The notes under the pieces: generated by a model
Seen by the model: only the letters and a program-made list of their open reading frames with translations
Told to the model about the DNA's origin: nothing
The model's database searches: none
In this document: positions 61,201 to 64,000 of the stretch, one piece after another
Position numbering within the stretch: the first letter of the stretch is position 1
Layout: each line of letters opens with the position of its first letter
Assembly: GCA_024704765.1 (NCBI GenBank)
Contig: JAKMXF010000301.1
Span: forward strand, 279,807-343,806
From: Oopsacas minuta
Lineage: Eukaryota > Animalia > Porifera
DNA length: 64,000 nucleotides
Reading direction: 5' to 3'
Position numbers and translations under genes: made by a program

Positions 61201-61483
61201 AGTTGAACCAAATTCATTTGATACTGCCTTTGAAAGTGTTTGGTCTGAAATTAGCACTAGACAATATCAGTTTTCGAGGAATTCTCAAATTAAGGATATT
61301 CTTAATACAATAACAGCAACAGAAATTATTTCTTATTTTCATATGATATTCTTTGATGCTCCAGTGCCAAGAGTTAACTTCAAACTTTTTGCTCATCATC
61401 TACATCAAACTACACAAAGCATCAATACACATGACTTAGACTACGATACGATTAACATCTTTAAACAGAATCTTAACTGTTAG
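58292..61483 (+). CDS. M16A family zinc metallopeptidase (insulin-degrading enzyme/pitrilysin-like), 1063 aa, single exon, with N-terminal type II transmembrane anchor
   Basis: Inverted zinc motif GLAHFCEHLLFLGNKKY (H169-H173), TNAYTD, EINAVNSEY (third-ligand Glu region), HPFHQFNIGNTETL and C-terminal LRTEEQLGYLV all match IDE motifs. A hydrophobic segment at about aa 63-89 is preceded by KVKHREK. Confidence 0.93.
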   Translation: MTARNTRYRNVSEDSTDEDIHIEDDTIPLSSQPDEDLSNLNVNTHSKVKSYQLCKVKHREKCAAITFTLLTLGFAIITMTLIYVSAFALRHDHVLDNGGSDPDIQNCIHAHLSNGIILPLLDKKTYLYKQLNNSLRVLVISDPDTKVSGASLSILSGSFNEGPVPGLAHFCEHLLFLGNKKYQLPDAFMTYVAEHNGFTNAYTDLGITNFYFQVESDFFFQALDMFSNLFIHPLFNFEYIQKEINAVNSEYELDKFSDEWRLFRLLQLGSNESHPFHQFNIGNTETLNITNIQSYVSSYFYKYFSSNLMTVVLYGSENITTLSQIAELRFGIVPNLNLFERIYLPPYSSLPTFILAQALEQTNAIILVFQLPSFTKYFNYSPNFILYLLDFPGSIGFISSMRQSGLVDDIHVTTQQLVSSTLLKITILVQSKLIFDQKWFFLVESFFSYIQQIRQLNSNLMEEMFDSWKKVNSFKFDYELNGSQKVSSIVSNLARQMQFIHSTKDLLLPPCSLLFNYTFISTTLLSQIKPSNLLIIMYSNEFNSSDNQGWRNLTMNDQYFDIDFVVYPINSDYVSKWDSVNSSAFVLPDDNFIPSILRVEPSLSEGFNPELSLFGSLVIWHLYNSKFSDPYIKFSCILDTSDKYYNLEHYTALQLFKFIIYTIFPDEMYMYQNFYSLSIPIPNYFNRLSLNFEGYSDNILFESFIDKATDILTNSSFLTNSYAYTIAYNMYSNTLANYFKQSTAVDLVIDNFKLLFFPTAYKIVDIYESLQNITKDKFIHYLYETNTNSFLTCFSFGNVDKSLSLRTGNKIQQEFGSDLMISPVIQQLTHLCQGVNYTFSRNNSNSQDLNSVIDVVYQFGSICGVKKLGDSCNTTQLQSYVLLKLLVSIMSTHFFSILRTEEQLGYLVQNFIWTESDEIFLHFLIESPYNSPDYLEERIDHFLLNFSKTLGSIPLDNWDDIISAYNQTILVEPNSFDTAFESVWSEISTRQYQFSRNSQIKDILNTITATEIISYFHMIFFDAPVPRVNFKLFAHHLHQTTQSINTHDLDYDTINIFKQNLNC

Positions 61484-64000
61484 TTTCATAAATTCTCTTG
61501 TAAACATGAACATCTTTTCAATCGGGAAGTCCTATTTATTATTTACATAGAATAATTGATTTTCTCATGTAAATTGTAATGTAAATAGCATCTATTCATA
61601 GGAATATAGTATATGTATATATGAATGTGGTTTACCTTATACGTATGAACTCTTGGAGCATCTGAAGTGCTTATATAATTGATTTCTGGGACTTAACTAG
61701 GTATCCCAGGGAATATGCTCATTTTACGAGCTTAACCCAGAAATGCTTTTGTCCGTTATCAAGGAAGGATTATGGCATGCTATTTTGAATATGAATCGGC
61801 AAATACAAGATGTGGTGCATAATCAGGGAAATATGGTAGAACTTGATTAAAATTACAATAAAATAACCTGAATTCAGTAAACTTTACAAAATCAATTGAA
61901 TTCCTGAGATCGACTCAGTACCATGGCAAGCTCATGACAACCGACCTGGCCATCTAATATAGCCGAGCCTGCTTAGTAGGCCATCAGAAATTGAACTAAC
62001 ATTGTTATTACAAAATACCGGCCTGACAAGTCCCAAAGCTACAGCCATGCAGTTAAACACCCTTTAGAATCAGATCAAATGGCATAGCCTACTAGATATG
62101 AAACCATCTGGAACGTTTATCTACAAAATGTTGAAATGCCAAATGGTCTATAACCGTTTCTGAACAAAATATTAATAATAAGTCGGGTATATCCCTTATA
62201 CTCGCTATGTTGATTTGACCATTATTGAGACGATTATGGAGTTATACGAATATGTTTACAAAACATGTGAAATTCATCAACTTTTCTTGTCTGTGCGAGG
62301 AGAAAAGTGCAAACTTTATCATAACATATTTTTTATATTTTGTACAAAATCGATTCTACATCAATTGGCATATCAACATATTTTGAACCTAGACCAATAA
62401 TAAGGTTTTAAATGGGTTTCAAAGATGGAACATTTTGTATACATATTTGTCAATTACGCAATCAGATTACTTACCTTCAATCCGAAAATTTTAACAAAGT
62501 GGTTTTTGTGACTATATTCGGGTGAAAATTACCAATTCCTTTATCCCTGGTACTGAAAGTGCTCAGTTAGCAGGCCTATCTTTAGTAGACTATGCAGATG
62601 AAAATATTTTGTCACTTTGTTTAATTATTTGTAAATTTATGTTACAAATTAAGTACGATTTAGTATATTCGCGATTACATTGTTTATTTACGGATTAATT
62701 TATAAATAATTGATTCGTGCTTACACTAGTGTAAGTACGTATATTTTTAATGATCGTATTGTATCACGTAGCTAATTGGAAATTTTGAGAATTATTTATG
62801 ACTTTCAGATTCTCGTAACTTTTGATGGAATTTCAAATTCTTTGAGGACAAACAATTGGTAATGTTTTGTATATAAAGTTGTGGACACGATCTGTACCCC
62901 CCTTAATAATTCCTTCCTGAGGTACAAGTGGAATTATAGGGATTAGAGAGAACAGTAAATTTTATGAACAATGCGTCACTTCTCACAAAGTAAACCCTAT
63001 TGGCGATTATCTTATATTCAAGTGTTAGTTACTAGCATTTAAACACTGATAAAACATTCTAAACTCTCGTGATTTTGCTTCTATTTCTACAAGCTTTTGT
63101 ATTTTGGCACCTAGGATTACATTTCACCTTTGCCTTTCTGCAAGAACATGGTGAATTTTAAACAATTCTTGCCCAGACAAGTTTATTTCAAACATTGATT
63201 CATTCTACGTATACGAACAGCATCAGGAACAGAATCGATTGTCTGAAACTTGTGTGACCAGGGCTGGGGTTGGTTAACCGAATTTAGGGGGAGGGTAACA
63301 ACTTTTAAATATTAGTTGTTAACAGGTTAACGTTACAATTATTTTTAACACAATCAATGATGTTTTGTGACTAAGATTTACAATATGAATACATAGATAT
63401 TTTATATGAAATCACGATAATATTATATATTTCAAAACGATTGAAATTTGAGAAATTTGACATCTAATGATACTGAACTAGCAGAATTTGTGTATATGTT
63501 GCAGTGCAAACGCGAGATTAGTCTAACGCGTTCACACTGGTGTAAACGCACGGAATATTCAAGTTTTATTACTCTTTCGATTACACCAGTGTAACCGCAA
63601 GTAGTCTTGTAATAGAATATTGTGGTATATTTAGAAAAGCTATTTATTTATATACGTACTATATTGAATTACGTATTATAGTGTAATGTGAAACTACGCA
63701 ATAGATTTCGGGAACAATCACTCCCCCAGGTTTGATTTTGTTTCCTAATTTGTTTAAGGTGGAGGTAATATGGACGAAGCCCCCATATTACCCTCCTTCC
63801 AGTACCGCATACCAATGCCGTCAGATTAAGATTCGCCATCAGCGAGTCAAGCGCTAATGCCAGGCCAGTCCTTGAGATGGTTTCAAAATTTGCAGCCCTA
63901 GCCAACTGTGAAACTGTGCCGCCCTTCACCCAATTTGTTAACACCACTATGTGCCTTATGACATTGGTGTTACAACTCCTATTGCATTTTTGCAGGGACA

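Noticed and set aside
58292-61483. M16 gene as a recent bacterial pitrilysin transfer or contaminant
   Set aside because: It has AT-rich composition like its surroundings, a eukaryote-style cytosolic tail plus TM instead of a signal peptide, and an upstream splice-like signal. Lack of introns alone is insufficient.
63528-63598. Small inverted repeat (ACACTGGTGTAA/TTACACCAGTGT) as a Harbinger MITE
   Set aside because: The IR is real but the termini and TSD cannot be defined.
63669-63947. 92-aa ORF at the right edge as a gene
   Set aside because: No recognisable motif, and it is truncated by the window edge.

Overview
AT-rich eukaryotic (animal-like) window containing two divergently oriented host genes separated and interrupted by a dense collection of DNA transposons. 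On the minus strand lies the 5' part of SF3B1 (U2 snRNP). Five GT-AG exons (43269-43012, 35740-35528, 25315-24931, 18023-17695, 1202-879) splice in frame to 503 codons across 42.4 kb, with introns of about 7.3, 10.2, 6.9 and 16.5 kb. The gene continues off the left edge. On the plus strand (58292-61483) is an intronless 1063-aa M16A insulinase/IDE-like metallopeptidase with an intact HFCEH site and, unusually, a type II membrane anchor. Introns and the intergenic region hold Chapaev3, P/THAP, several hAT, Ginger (integrase+OTU), Merlin, Harbinger and IS630-Tc1-mariner elements (DD34D, DD34E, DD37D, DD37E, DD41D) plus MITEs, most with TIRs and TSDs readable by eye and several nested. The best leads are: (1) a 2.6-kb foldback hAT derivative with 1154-bp near-identical arms in SF3B1 intron 1, resembling a Mu-killer-type hairpin-RNA locus; (2) the membrane-anchored insulinase; (3) splice-acceptor-like signals just before both start codons (possible SL trans-splicing); (4) a 7.7-kb nested TE stack that may have split an unknown ORF. 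All calls are by-eye motif recognition, with no database searches run. The host taxon is not determined; a basal metazoan such as a glass sponge is only a guess.
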